From positions 20,708,001 to 20,772,000 of the forward strand of contig OZ024763.1 of the NCBI GenBank assembly GCA_964016885.1: a stretch of 64,000 nucleotides of DNA, given 5' to 3'. Below are positions 54,001-62,454 of this stretch, one piece after another. This DNA comes from Eledone cirrhosa (taxonomy: Eukaryota). Positions within the stretch are counted from its first letter, which is position 1. Each line of letters opens with the position of its first letter. The translations under genes were made by a program, and so were the position numbers. The notes beneath the pieces are model-generated. The model saw only the letters and a program-made list of their open reading frames with translations. It was not told the origin of the DNA and did not search any database.

Positions 54001-57000
54001 GGTTTTCTTCACCCTTTAGCATTTAAACTGGCCATATCCGGCCAGAATTCTCTCACCTCTTTTTGTTCAAACTGACCACTCATACTGATGTTAAAGTATT
54101 GTTCTTAAAATAAATAATATCGAAATCTCATAGATTCAATATTATGTGAGATAAAGCCTTTACCGTGAAAATACAATAGTATATATAGAGTAATGTAAAT
54201 GCTAGAGGGTTAAAGTATTTTTAAGGCCTTGTTTTGCTTCAGCTTTGGGTAACACAACAATCCTACAAAATATTAACTCTTTTTTTTTCTCAATTGTGCA
54301 TGGGCTATTTAGTTTACTGTAAAGTACTAATGCTGTTTGTTAACACTGATACTGTTTTCATGGTAACTGGTAGTCCATCATCATCATCATCTTATGTCCT
54401 CTGGCATGGGTTGGATGGGGTTTTATTAATGTCTGAGACTTAAACTGCTCAGTAAAACACATCAGACTCAAAATATATTCTATATGTTCGATGATTAATT
54501 TTAAAAAAAATATATATATATATACCATATATACTCAAATATAAACCAAGGAATACGGCACCCCAAAAAATCGATGGTAAAATTGGTGGGGGTGTGTTGT
54601 CGACTTATATATGCTATCTAAACGATGTGTTGATTAAGCTGCTTTGGCTTATAAATGGTGTTTGGAATTTTGCCCGTTTCTCAGACATAAAATAGTGGGA
54701 GGCAGCTTATATTTGAGTATATATGGTATATGTATGTGTGTGTGTGTGTGTATGTATGTATATACATATATATGTATGTGAGTGTGTGTATATATATACA
54801 CATACAGTGAAATTCCGTTCTAACGGAATTCACAGGGTTTTAAAACAATTTTGTAACGAACAATTCTTTATAATTAGATTGACCAAAACGAATTGAGCCC
54901 TTATTACCTCGGGGATTGAAAATAATTTTATTATCCTGAAAAATTCGTTATAACAGAATTTTACCTGTATACATACACACACACACATATATATATATAT
55001 AAATGTACACACACATATATGTAAGTCACTTTTAGGAATTTTTTTGTTTTTTCCAAACAATGAAACCTATGGAGAATATTCCGTATGTTCTATATGTTGA
55101 GAAACGGAGATTTTCATTAGATTCAGCAATTTATCTTGTATCTTCAAGTCATTTTCTATTTCACTCACCCGTCTGGTACAGTTTTTATGATTTGCTCTAA
55201 AAAGACCTCTTTACTACCCTTCATCTTGTCCAGCTTCTCCAAGATGGCGAGGGTTGGATTCTGAACGCACTAAAAGCACTGCCGGTATGGGTTTCTTCAA
55301 AGACAGGCAACACACATTTGACCGTGACCGCGACAGACCAAGGAGCTATCAACGCAGCCGAAGCACTGAGATGTGGGATGATGGAGGTAAGGTAACAGCC
55401 AACTGTATTAATAATGTTCACCCCTTTTTCCATTATTATATTTTCAATAAGGGATAAAAAAAAAAAATTCATTAGTTTTAACCCTTTTGATACTAAACCA
55501 GCTGAAACAGCCCCTGGTTTTACAATCCAAAATCTGTTTGTTTTTTCTTAACTTTTCTAACCATATTTCTGATGAAAGACATTATCTGAAATTTTCAAAA
55601 CATTTTGGAAATACAGTGTACCCCCAGGCATTTGAGGTCCTGGTTATTCGCAGAATTTTCCTGAGAACCTAACTAATAATTGTTTGTGGAAACCACCGCA
55701 TATTCGCAGAATTGTAAATATCTTCCACAATTTTTTTATGGCTTTTGGCTTTTTTCTTGGCAATATATATTTTGAGGCATTTAGTAATATAATGAACTTT
55801 ATAGTTATTAAGCTGGTATTTGGAACAAATAGTTCTCATAGAATTATGTTGGAAGGTTTTTACCACATAAAAAAGGCATGAGGAAGACATTCTTGAAAAA
55901 TACAAAGCTGCTCTATAACTGCATCACATTAAAAGTTCTTTACTCTGAGACTAAATTTTCGTAATAATCAGTCCATTTGTAAAGATACTGTAAACATTTG
56001 AATTAAGAAACCACAGAATTGAGACTTTCTTAGAAAGTACAAAACAGCACATTGACTACATATTAAAAATTATATTTACTTTAATATGGTAGGTTTTCAC
56101 AACAATCGTCTACTAGTAAATATACTGTAAACATTTGAATTAACAAAGAATATAAAACTACATTAGTAAGATATTCTTGAAAACTACAAACAGTACTATG
56201 ACTGCATCAAAGTATTTACTCTAATATTGTAGGTTTTCACAACAATCTAGTAGTAAAGATACTATAAATATTTGAATTAACAAACTATATTAACAAGTCA
56301 TTCTTGAAATGTACAAGACAACACTATAACTGCATCACCTTAGAAATTAAAGCTTTATCTAATACTACAAACTTTAAGAAGAATCGTCCACTAGTAAAGA
56401 TACTGTAAACATTTGAATTAACAAAGAATATGAAACTACATTAGTAAAACATTCTTGAAAAGTCCAAAACAGCTCTATGACTGCATCATATTAAAAATTA
56501 TAGCCTCTCTTTACTGTAAATTTCCACAACAATCTCTCTGCTAGTAAAGATATTATAAACATTTGAATTAACAAACTGACTTTTTGATATTCGGTGCTAA
56601 GTCCTTACAGGATGTTGAGTGTTAACTTTTAGCACGCTAGTAATTATTATGAATTATTTCCCTTGGGACTGCATTATTTATTAAGGGGAAATTACTCATA
56701 TGGTGCCATGTGTTGCCCACAGTATGCTGAAGTTAAATAGGATTTATGAAAATATGTGGAACCCTGTAGTAAGGTTACCTTTGCTATTTCTTACTTAGAT
56801 ATGCCTGAGTGGAGTGTTACTAATGATGAGGACTACAATGAAACTGGTACATTTGACTCCAATGGGATCTTTGTTTCAAATAAGGTGAGTCTATGGTTTC
56901 AATTATTATTATTGGCAGTAATTGGTAGTGTCAGACAACATGCCATAATTGACTACTCATACTTATGTTAAGGTATTTTTCTCAAAATATATAATATCAA

Positions 57001-60000
57001 AATCTTGTAGATTCGATATGTGAGATAAAGTGTTTACCATGAAAATACAATAGTAAATATAGATTAATGTAAATACTAAAGGGTTAAGATAATATTTAGA
57101 TCATAACTTAAGGGTTCTTTTGTAAAATTGATAGAAGGCTTAGATTTAAATATAAACATTTTAAAATACAGTTTTCTATCATAGAATGAAGTGAGGTTTT
57201 AACTCTTTAACACTTAAACTGGCTGTATCTGGTCAGAATTCTCTCACCTCTTTCTATTCAAACCAGCAATAACTGGCCACTTATACCAATGTTAACCCCA
57301 TAGCATTTAAACTGGCTGTATCTAGCCAGAAATATCTCACCTCTTTCTCTTCAAACTGATTGTAACCGGCAGCTCATACAGATGTTAAGGTATTGTGCTC
57401 AAAATAGATAATATCAAAATCTCATAGATTCGATATTATGTGAGATAAAGTGTTTCTGTGAAAATATAATAGTAAATATAGAGTAATGTAAATGTTAAAG
57501 GGTTAATTAATGCCAACCACTTTACAGGTGTATCTGGGTTTCCTAATTTTGTTTTCTATGTTGTTCCCTAATAAAGGATCCAGTGAAAGATGTCCCGATC
57601 AAAGGTCACAGAAGAGAAAAGAAAGAAATCACACTCACTCATGAAGATCACTGGGAAGATCAGGCAGAGACGAAAGATTCATGTGAAATGAAAGCGGTGA
57701 GAAAATGACTTTATTTTTACTATCTCTTAGACATTCACTCTGCCTGTTGCAGACTGCGCATCAACATGAGATATTCTTCTCCACAAAGTTCCATCACCAA
57801 CAGCAGAGTTGAACCCTTTAGCATTTAAACTGGCCATAACTTGCCAGAAGTTTCTCACCTCTTTCTGTTCAAACCAGCCATAATTGGCTGCTTATACTTA
57901 TATTAAGGTATTCTCAAAATAAATAAATATCAAAATCTCAAAGATTTGAGATTACGTGAGATAAAGTGTTTACCGCGAAAATACAATAACAAATATAGAG
58001 TAATGTAAATACTAAACGGTTAAAGAGCCTTGGTCAAGTTCCAGTCCATAAGTTGACATTATCAGGCCAGCATTTTGGCTGTTGACCTCTGCTTCTCTTA
58101 CCGGGTAACTTTCCTTCTAGGCATAACTTACTCATACCATGAGTTGATCTTTTGATATGACCATACAGTGTAAGTAGTCTTGATTTGATAACTGATATGA
58201 TTGGTTTAAGCTTGGTAATGTTGAGTAGCTCATTGATAGAGATATGGTCGCTGAGTTGTTTGTTAGTCACAGGTCACATGATGTGGTACTGGAATGTAGA
58301 GAGCTTCTGAAGTGACCTTGTTCAGCTTGCACAATCAAGACCATATAACACAATCTTAACTATGCAGACGATCTGGCCATCATGAGTTACTCCAGAACTG
58401 ATCTGCAAAACTTTCTGAGTGTACTGGCCAAACATTCACTGGAGGCTGGCCTACACATCAACATCTCCATAACAAAATGTATGACAACTGATAAAAACAA
58501 GACTAATTTCCGACTAGGAAATTGCTCAAGTTAGGGATTTAGTATATGTCAGTCACAAACTATCATCAAACAACAATGGAATTGTCGTGAGTGTATGTGT
58601 GTTTGTGTAAATGTATGTGTGTGTTTGTGTAAATGTGTGTGTGTTTGTGTGAATGTATGTGTGTTTGTGTAAATGTATGTATGTATGTGTTTGTGTGAAT
58701 GTATGTTTATTTGTGTGAATGTATGTATGTTTGTGTAAATGTATATGTTTGTGTTTGTGTGAATGTATGTTTATTTGTGTGAATGTATGTGTGTTTGTGT
58801 GAATGTATGTGTATTTTTCTGTGAATGTATGTCTGAGTGTATTTTGTAAGTGTGTCACACGTATAAATGTATGTATATGCACATACACAAACGCACACAT
58901 ACACACGAGTCAGCGTGTTGAAAAAATATCCTAGTATGTTTCAAATATATTTTCTGTCTTTCTTTAGGCTGATACGAGGAAGGTTCCACTGGAGAATCAG
59001 TCGGTTAAAAGTTCTAGTAAGCCAGTGGAAGCTGTCATCAGTATGACTGAAGAAACTAAGAAACTACGGACTAGCCCCATTGTAAATAGTGTACAGAAAT
59101 CCCCCAACAAACCAGCGCACTCTGCCGTCAACATGAATCCTCCACCATCACCTGCCTCAGATCCTGTGTCCGTTAAGAACAAAGTCATAGTGGCTGTGCC
59201 ACCAATGTTGACAAAAAACTGCTCCATGATCGATTCCGACGTCATATGCCCTCCACATTTAGATGCAATGTCTAAGGACAATAATTCTGGTGCTATCTCT
59301 GATGAAGATGCCCTGGACAGGCTTAAAAAGACTGCAGAAAACATTGTTGCTGATGTTACAAAGGAAGTAAGAATGGTTGCCCCCTTATTTTCTGTTTTGT
59401 CGCTGCCCACTGTGTTAGTGTTGGGTGTTCTAGAATTTCTCAATATCCTTCATCATCACCATTATAATCATCACCATCATTATCATCACCATTACCACCA
59501 TCATCACCATCTTAATCATCATCATTATAATCATCACCATCACCACCATCTTTATTGTGCATTTTATCGTGGATCGGGTGCTTTTTGTTGTGGCACCAGC
59601 ACTACCACATTACCAGGTAGACTAGGGTTTTTTTTTTATCATGGCACCAGCACTGGGTAGGCGTTGATAGCTGAAGAGGGCTCATACCACTGTGGGAGGG
59701 AAGGGTTTTAAAAAAAAAATATTTTTTTTTTATAGATTCATTGTTTATTTATTAATTTTTTTTTTGTCTTTTAAGGATGAAGAGCCTAAGAAGAGTGTGG
59801 AAACACAAGTGGAATCATCTAACCATGATGAATGGTTTTATCGAGATCCACAGGGAGATGAACAAGGTGAAAATGATCACACATTTTTTTTCTCCCCAAA
59901 ATTTGACAGGCTTTACAAAACCTTTCGGTTACATATTATTTCTCTGGGGGTTGTGACAGTATTTATAAACCTTTTCGGTTATATATTATTTCCTAGAAGA

Positions 60001-60329
60001 TGGGCAGTATCGGGAGAAGGTTGGACGCCATGCTTTGCAGCATAGAGTTACGGCCCTTTACGGTCTGAGTTCAAATCCCGCTGAGGTTAACTTTGCCTTT
60101 CATCCTCATGAGGTCAATAAAATAAAGTACCTGTAATGCACTGGGATAATTGCTGGCCTTGTGCCAAAAATAGAAACAATTATTTCTCTGGTTTGTGAAT
60201 GTTTCTTTATTTCTCCCTCTCAATATAAATATATCTTTTAGTTTGAATTATTATGGCTCTGGACAAAGTCAGATTTTTTATTAAGAAACACAAAAATCAA
60301 ACATATTTGATGTTTTGATACCTTAAATT

Positions 60330-60388
<59 letters not shown>

Positions 60389-62054
60389 CATTTTACATTT
60401 GCTTTTCATGGTTTTAAGTTAATGCTATTTGTCTGGCAAAGAGATACAAGGAGATCGTTGAGTTCAAGCTAGCTGTTGAACAGTGTGGTTTCCACCCTGG
60501 ATGCAGCACAGCTGACCAAATATTCACACTGCAGCAGGTTTTCGAGAAATCGGAGTATTGTCCAGAGGTGTTTTCTTGTTTTGTAGGCCTCGGAAAGGCA
60601 TATGACAGCGTTCCTTGGGACCTGCTGTGGAAGGTTGTGTGACCACCAGACAAAATACCTAACACAATCATTATAGTCGACTTCTTCACCCACTTGTTCC
60701 TGAGATGGTTGTGGGGGCAGAGTCCTCAAACACTCCTTCCAACGGGCCCATTATTGTAATGATTAAGCTATTTTGTTCCTCTTTTTTTTTAGTTTCTTGA
60801 CATTTTTTCCTCCAAATATGTTAAATATATTTTATATAAATATCTACATGCCATTTGCTGAAATTATCTGTATTATGTTATAAATTTCCAACACTTGTAG
60901 GGCCATTTTCCACAGAAGAGATGTCAGAGTGGTTTTCAGTTGGTTATTTTGCTATGAAACTCATGGTTAAAAGAAGCTGTGATGATTATTACCAACCTCT
61001 TGGTAAGGAAGGACTCTGTTTTTTAAAAATATGTTTTATACCACTTCCTTAAATGTTTGTCTCCAAATGCTGTTATAGTTTAAGCAGGCCATCATCATCA
61101 TCATCAACATTATTTCACATCTCTCATCTAGTTATTTACCCCATAAATTTCTCAGATTGTTGCTCCATGTGTAGGTAGGATACCATCATCATCATTAACA
61201 ACAGTATCTCACATTTCTCTAGTGATACACCCCATAAATCCCTCAGATTGTTGCTTCACAGGTAAGCAAATACCACCACCTTCATCATCATCAACAGTAC
61301 CTCTCATGTCTCTAGTTATTTACCCCTATAAGACCCTCAGATTGTTTCTCTGTAGGTAGGCCATCATCACCATCATTATCTCTCATCTAGTTACCCCCAT
61401 AAATCCCTCAGGTTGTTGCTCTGTAGGTAGGCTATCATCATCAATAGTACCTCACATCTGTCATCTAGTTATTTACCCCCATAAGTCCCTCAGATAGGCC
61501 ATCATCATCATCATCATCATCAATAGTACCTCACATCTCTCATCTAGTTACCCCCATAAGACCCTCAGATTGTTGCTCTGTAGGTAGACCATCATCAACA
61601 GTACCTCACATCTGTCATCTAGTTATTTACCCCAGAAGTCCCTCAGATTGTTACTCCTTAACCCTTTAGCATTTACATTACTCTATATATACTACAGTAT
61701 TTTTTTAGTAAAGACTTTATCTCACATAATATTGAATCTATGAGATTTTGATACTATATGCTTTGAGAACAATACCTTAACATCAGTATGAGTGGCCAGT
61801 TATGGCTGGTTTGAACAGAAAGAAGTAAGAGAATTCTGGCCAGATACAGCCGGTTTGAATGCTAAAGGGTTTACAAACAATCTTTCTTGAGCTTCCGTCC
61901 TCTTCAGTAAGAACAACAAGGAGTCTAAACTAAAATTTGAAATACTAACAGGCTGCTTTTTTACTTGAAATATTGTCTTCCCTTTTCAGGTGAACTGGTA
62001 AAAAGATGTGGGAGGGTGCCTTTTCTTGCTGGGCCACCCATCCCACCTTTCAAA
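27938..62054 (+). CDS. GIGYF2: GRB10-interacting GYF protein (GIGYF1/2 ortholog), spliced CDS of 13 exons in the window, 3'-incomplete
   Basis: Exons joined by hand at GT-AG sites give a continuous 1665-nt frame with consistent phases. The protein has KLAGYRYGREEMLALF (4EHP-binding YXYX4LΦ-type motif), an RG-rich region, MPEW...GTFDSNGIF and a GYF domain (WFYRDPQG..QGPF...M.EWF..GYF), in the same order as animal GIGYF proteins. No stop codon is reached. Confidence 0.95.
30487..30679 (+). CDS. GIGYF2: GIGYF coding exon 2 (4EHP-binding motif)
   Basis: Encodes VGTPPSSPGFGKFKLAGYRYGREEMLALF...PLAYIPLTEEEL. Acceptor aagcag| (NAGNAG, alternative start 30484), donor CTG|gtgagt. Confidence 0.92.
30872..31250 (-). 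mobile_element. RTE LINE 3' end, locally duplicated (plus-strand relative at ~23085-23280)
   Basis: RPRGRP..IWLDNIHELGWSRLG appears twice. Confidence 0.75.
32174..32282 (+). CDS. GIGYF2: GIGYF coding exon 3
   Basis: ttccag|RLMSQSMNSCVVLRLSARGGSSGRGGRGGGERGRGR|gtaggc. Matches the GIGYF 'SVNS.AVLRL.GRGG' segment. Phase 0-1. Confidence 0.92.
32861..34972 (-). mobile_element. RTE-clade LINE, 5'-truncated, near-intact reverse transcriptase ORF (641 aa after a premature stop at 34787-34789)
   Basis: RT motifs NYRGIKL, QFGF, AFVDLEKAFDRVP, GVHQGSVLSPLLF and LLYADD. C-terminal RLRWYGH and GRPRKTW. Cys-rich insert CSVC..CPKC..VHKRC..CGRC. No APE domain is present. Antisense, in the GIGYF intron after coding exon 3. 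Confidence 0.95.
35057..35920 (-). mobile_element. Internally deleted Tc1/mariner, maT (DD37D)-like
   Basis: TIR (C/T)AGGGTGCGGACGATATTTGTTCGCAA at both ends, inside (TA)n. Transposase remnant YVW*QDSAHCHTS...IWPDCNPLDFFV*G...CSRFRGRLEAVIKANG. D-D spacing is 33, or 37 if the usual PNSP residues are restored. Confidence 0.9.
36140..36555 (+). mobile_element. CR1-clade LINE 3' end with short internal duplication
   Basis: NTRGHAYKV...RKHFFTLRVAEAWNKLP. The 3'UTR is shared with a minus-strand (AAT)n-tailed copy at ~8631-8760. Confidence 0.85.
37309..37753. mobile_element. hAT MITE nested in a SINE and itself interrupted by an RTE-tailed repeat
   Basis: TIR CAGGCATGTCAAAC / GTTTGCCATGCCTG, degenerate 8-bp TSD GTTTACAG/CTTTACGG. 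Confidence 0.8.
38071..38170 (+). CDS. GIGYF2: GIGYF coding exon 4
   Basis: Poly-T tract plus gtag|GRGRAEGFGQRLSYDDGETSSFTRNRTRENWDD|gtaggg. Phase 1-2. Not in the ORF track. Confidence 0.88.
40191..40348 (+). CDS. GIGYF2: GIGYF coding exon 5
   Basis: cacag|RYERSYSARSFEDSAHPAKEYSRSFSNENWRDKKSLDDDEGVWRKACPRERW|gtaagt. Phase 2-1. Resembles the GIGYF 'RS.SENWR...EDGGWR' segment. Confidence 0.9.
40394..40735 (+). mobile_element. tRNA-derived SINE family 2 (copies at ~8100-, 14400, 16030, 21630, 37260, 47600, 51856, 60000)
   Basis: GGTGAATTGGCAGA...GTTCAAATCCC..GAGGTCAACTTTGCCTTTCATCC..AAAGTACCA. Confidence 0.8.
40783..41091. mobile_element. hAT (Charlie-like) MITE inserted in a SINE head
   Basis: TIR CAGCGTTTCTCAAC / GTTGAGAAACGCTG with a perfect 8-bp TSD GGTTAGAG. 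Confidence 0.93.
41514..41905 (+). mobile_element. tRNA-headed SINE with RTE-type 3' tail (near-identical partial copy 44873-45255)
   Basis: A box TGGCTTAGTGG, B box GAGTTCAATTC, core CCTTGAGCAAGACACTTTATTTCAC, and tail CCCATGCTAGCATGGAA..(TGA)n resembling RTE 3' ends. Confidence 0.8.
42590..44103. repeat. 43-bp tandem array, ~35 units, derived from the adjacent SINE
   Basis: Unit GAGACAGACTTTAACCCTGTGATGGAATGGTGTCTCTGGGTTT. Confidence 0.95.
44474..44622 (-). mobile_element. RTE LINE fragment
   Basis: LKLRLYKSIVLPTVLY.SKSW...RLNSFQQQCLRRIL. Confidence 0.8.
45348..45488. repeat. Imperfect fold-back (~60-bp arms)
   Basis: AAAGAAATC...TTTACCAGTTTCA / TGAAACAGGTAAA...GATTTCTTT, lying between (TA)n tracts. 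Confidence 0.75.
45669..45734 (-). ncRNA. Mirror copy of the hammerhead-like motif in the left arm of the fold-back
   Basis: Reverse complement of 45896-45961. Confidence 0.6.
45896..45961 (+). ncRNA. Minimal type-I hammerhead ribozyme-like motif (Penelope-like element type)
   Basis: TATTTTGT-CTGATGA-[AGGCATAACATATT gtt AATATGATATCCCC]-GAAA-TATATA(palindromic)-TA-ATGAAATA. Stem I is 8 bp with two G-U pairs; stem II pairs at 11/14. Confidence 0.62.
46033..46258. repeat. Fold-back element with hammerhead motif (arms ~46095-46155 / 46196-46258)
   Basis: An antisense copy is followed by a truncated sense copy, with (TA)n on both sides. A related copy lies at 3010-3100. Confidence 0.8.
46116..46165 (-). 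ncRNA. Minimal type-I hammerhead ribozyme-like motif with variant core CUGAAUGA
   Basis: Minus strand reads ACAGG-CTGAATGA-GTTAGGGT ccaga ACCCAAC-GAAAC-TTAA-GTA-CCTGT. Stem I is ACAGG/CCTGT, stem II is 7 bp, stem III is 2 bp with a palindromic loop, and the triplet is GUA. Confidence 0.65.
48170..48505 (-). mobile_element. tRNA-headed SINE with RTE-5'UTR-like body
   Basis: Minus-strand head ATGGCTTAGTGGTTAGAGC followed by a GC-rich body (GGTATGCATGGG...CCACAAACAACCTTGCC). Confidence 0.65.
49172..49332. repeat. (CT)n microsatellite punctuated by GCT
   Basis: Directly visible in the sequence. Confidence 0.95.
49517..50812 (+). repeat. 60-bp tandem array (~20 units) inside a single piggyBac-like MITE
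   Basis: Unit CATTTACATTACTCTATATATACTATTGTATTTTCACGGTAAAGGCTTTACCTCACATAA. The MITE resumes at ~50700 and ends GCTAAAGGGTTAA. Confidence 0.95.
51013..51137. repeat. Fold-back (55-bp arms) with a central 22-bp perfect palindrome
   Basis: Arms 51013-51067 / 51083-51137. ATTTCTGGACGCGTCCAGAAAT at 51061-51082. Follows a long (TA)n. Confidence 0.85.
51497..51559 (+). CDS. GIGYF2: GIGYF putative coding exon 6 (63-nt symmetric, possibly cassette)
   Basis: aatcag|VMPLVTEEDNDGDWQKMGPRW|gtaagt. Phase 1-1, open, in unique sequence. Confidence 0.68.
53752..54213. mobile_element. Two adjacent inverted copies of the ~200-bp TTAA-targeting (piggyBac-like) MITE; roughly 30 copies in the window
   Basis: Family ends are TTAA-CCCTTTAGCATTTA ... 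TAAATGCTAAAGGG-TTAA. Copies lie near 5896, 6974, 7728, 7915, 8553, 13707, 20464, 20963, 22154, 22813, 24620, 28238, 29470, 30111, 31969, 38577, 38958, 39199, 46494, 56960, 57199, 57811 and 61658. Confidence 0.85.
54805..54967. mobile_element. Tigger-like MITE (related copy ~24219-24380)
   Basis: TA-CAGTGAAATTCCGTTCTAACG ... CGTTATAACAGAATTTTACCTG-TA. Confidence 0.65.
55234..55386 (+). CDS. GIGYF2: GIGYF coding exon 7
   Basis: gtccag|ASPRWRGLDSERTKSTAGMGFFKDRQHTFDRDRDRPRSYQRSRSTEMWDDG|gtaagg. Phase 1-1. Confidence 0.88.
56799..56884 (+). CDS. GIGYF2: GIGYF coding exon 8 (DDX6/Me31B-binding motif)
   Basis: acttag|DMPEWSVTNDEDYNETGTFDSNGIFVSNK|gtgagt. Matches the conserved LPEW...GTFDSSGAF segment. 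Phase 1-0. Confidence 0.93.
57577..57696 (+). CDS. GIGYF2: GIGYF coding exon 9
   Basis: ataaag|DPVKDVPIKGHRREKKEITLTHEDHWEDQAETKDSCEMKA|gtgaga. 120 nt, phase 0-0, purine-rich unique sequence between MITEs. Confidence 0.75.
58030..58520. mobile_element. RTE LINE fragment with internal inversion
   Basis: Minus strand 58034-58320 encodes RLLTLYGHIKR...GKRSRGQQPKCW. Plus strand ~58345-58500 encodes IHNLNYADDLAIM...GLHINISITKCM. Confidence 0.8.
58590..58850. repeat. (TGTG/AATG/TATG) compound microsatellite
   Basis: Repeating TTTGTGTGAATGTATGT units. Confidence 0.9.
58968..59366 (+). CDS. GIGYF2: GIGYF coding exon 10
   Basis: ctttag|ADTRKVPLENQS...DEDALDRLKKTAENIVADVTKE|gtaaga. 399 nt, phase 0-0. 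The end resembles the GIGYF helix preceding the GYF domain. Confidence 0.88.
59450..59550. repeat. (CAT/CAC)n trinucleotide repeat, intronic
   Basis: Directly visible. Lies after the exon 10 donor. Confidence 0.9.
59776..59866 (+). CDS. GIGYF2: GIGYF coding exon 11 (start of GYF domain)
   Basis: tttaag|DEEPKKSVETQVESSNHDEWFYRDPQGDEQ|gtgaaa. Phase 0-1. Confidence 0.93.
60420..60745. mobile_element. RTE LINE fragment: + strand RT piece joined to an inverted 3' end
   Basis: Plus frame reads EQCGFHPGCSTADQIFTLQQVFEK...GKAYDSVPWDLLWKV. 60680-60745 matches the minus-strand 3' end seen at ~30875-30950. Confidence 0.75.
60901..61002 (+). CDS. GIGYF2: GIGYF coding exon 12 (GYF core)
   Basis: ttgtag|GPFSTEEMSEWFSVGYFAMKLMVKRSCDDYYQPL|gtaagg. 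Phase 1-1. Confidence 0.95.
61088..61655. repeat. Degenerate ~85-100-bp tandem repeat, ~6 units
   Basis: Recurring (CAT)n-CAACAGTACCTCACATCT..TCTAGTTA..CCCCATAA..CCTCAGATTGTTGCT..GTAGGTAGG. Confidence 0.85.
61990..62054 (+). CDS. GIGYF2: GIGYF coding exon 13 (end of GYF domain)
   Basis: tttcag|GELVKRCGRVPFLAGPPIPPFK|gtgagt. Matches the conserved G..K.WGRVPF.PGP segment. Phase 1-0. Confidence 0.92.
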
Positions 62055-62241
62055 GTGAGTTATTTCTTTTCCATTGCTCTCCCTAAATTGAATAATATCA
62101 AAGAAATCAATTATTACTCCTTTAATCCTTTCAGTTCAAGATATGAATATAACTAGTCTGTTTATTTATGTGTGTGTTCGTATATTGTAAATATTCTGGA
62201 TCTCTCTCTCTCTCTAAATATATATACACACACCCACACAC

Positions 62242-62293
<52 letters not shown>

Positions 62294-62454
62294 GTTGGTT
62301 TCTTACATTGAATCTTCTCTATGGAACTGGATTTGCTATGATTCTATGTGAATTTCCACCTGGACACTCCTTTGGGTCACTGGACCTTTCATTGCTTTAT
62401 ATATGTATTACAGCTATGTTTGAAGCTAAATTCTATTCTATTATAAGTTGAGCC

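Noticed and set aside
59367-59660. Poly-His extension of ORF 59025..59660
   Set aside because: It lies past the donor GAA|gtaaga at 59366 and is a (CAT/CAC)n microsatellite.
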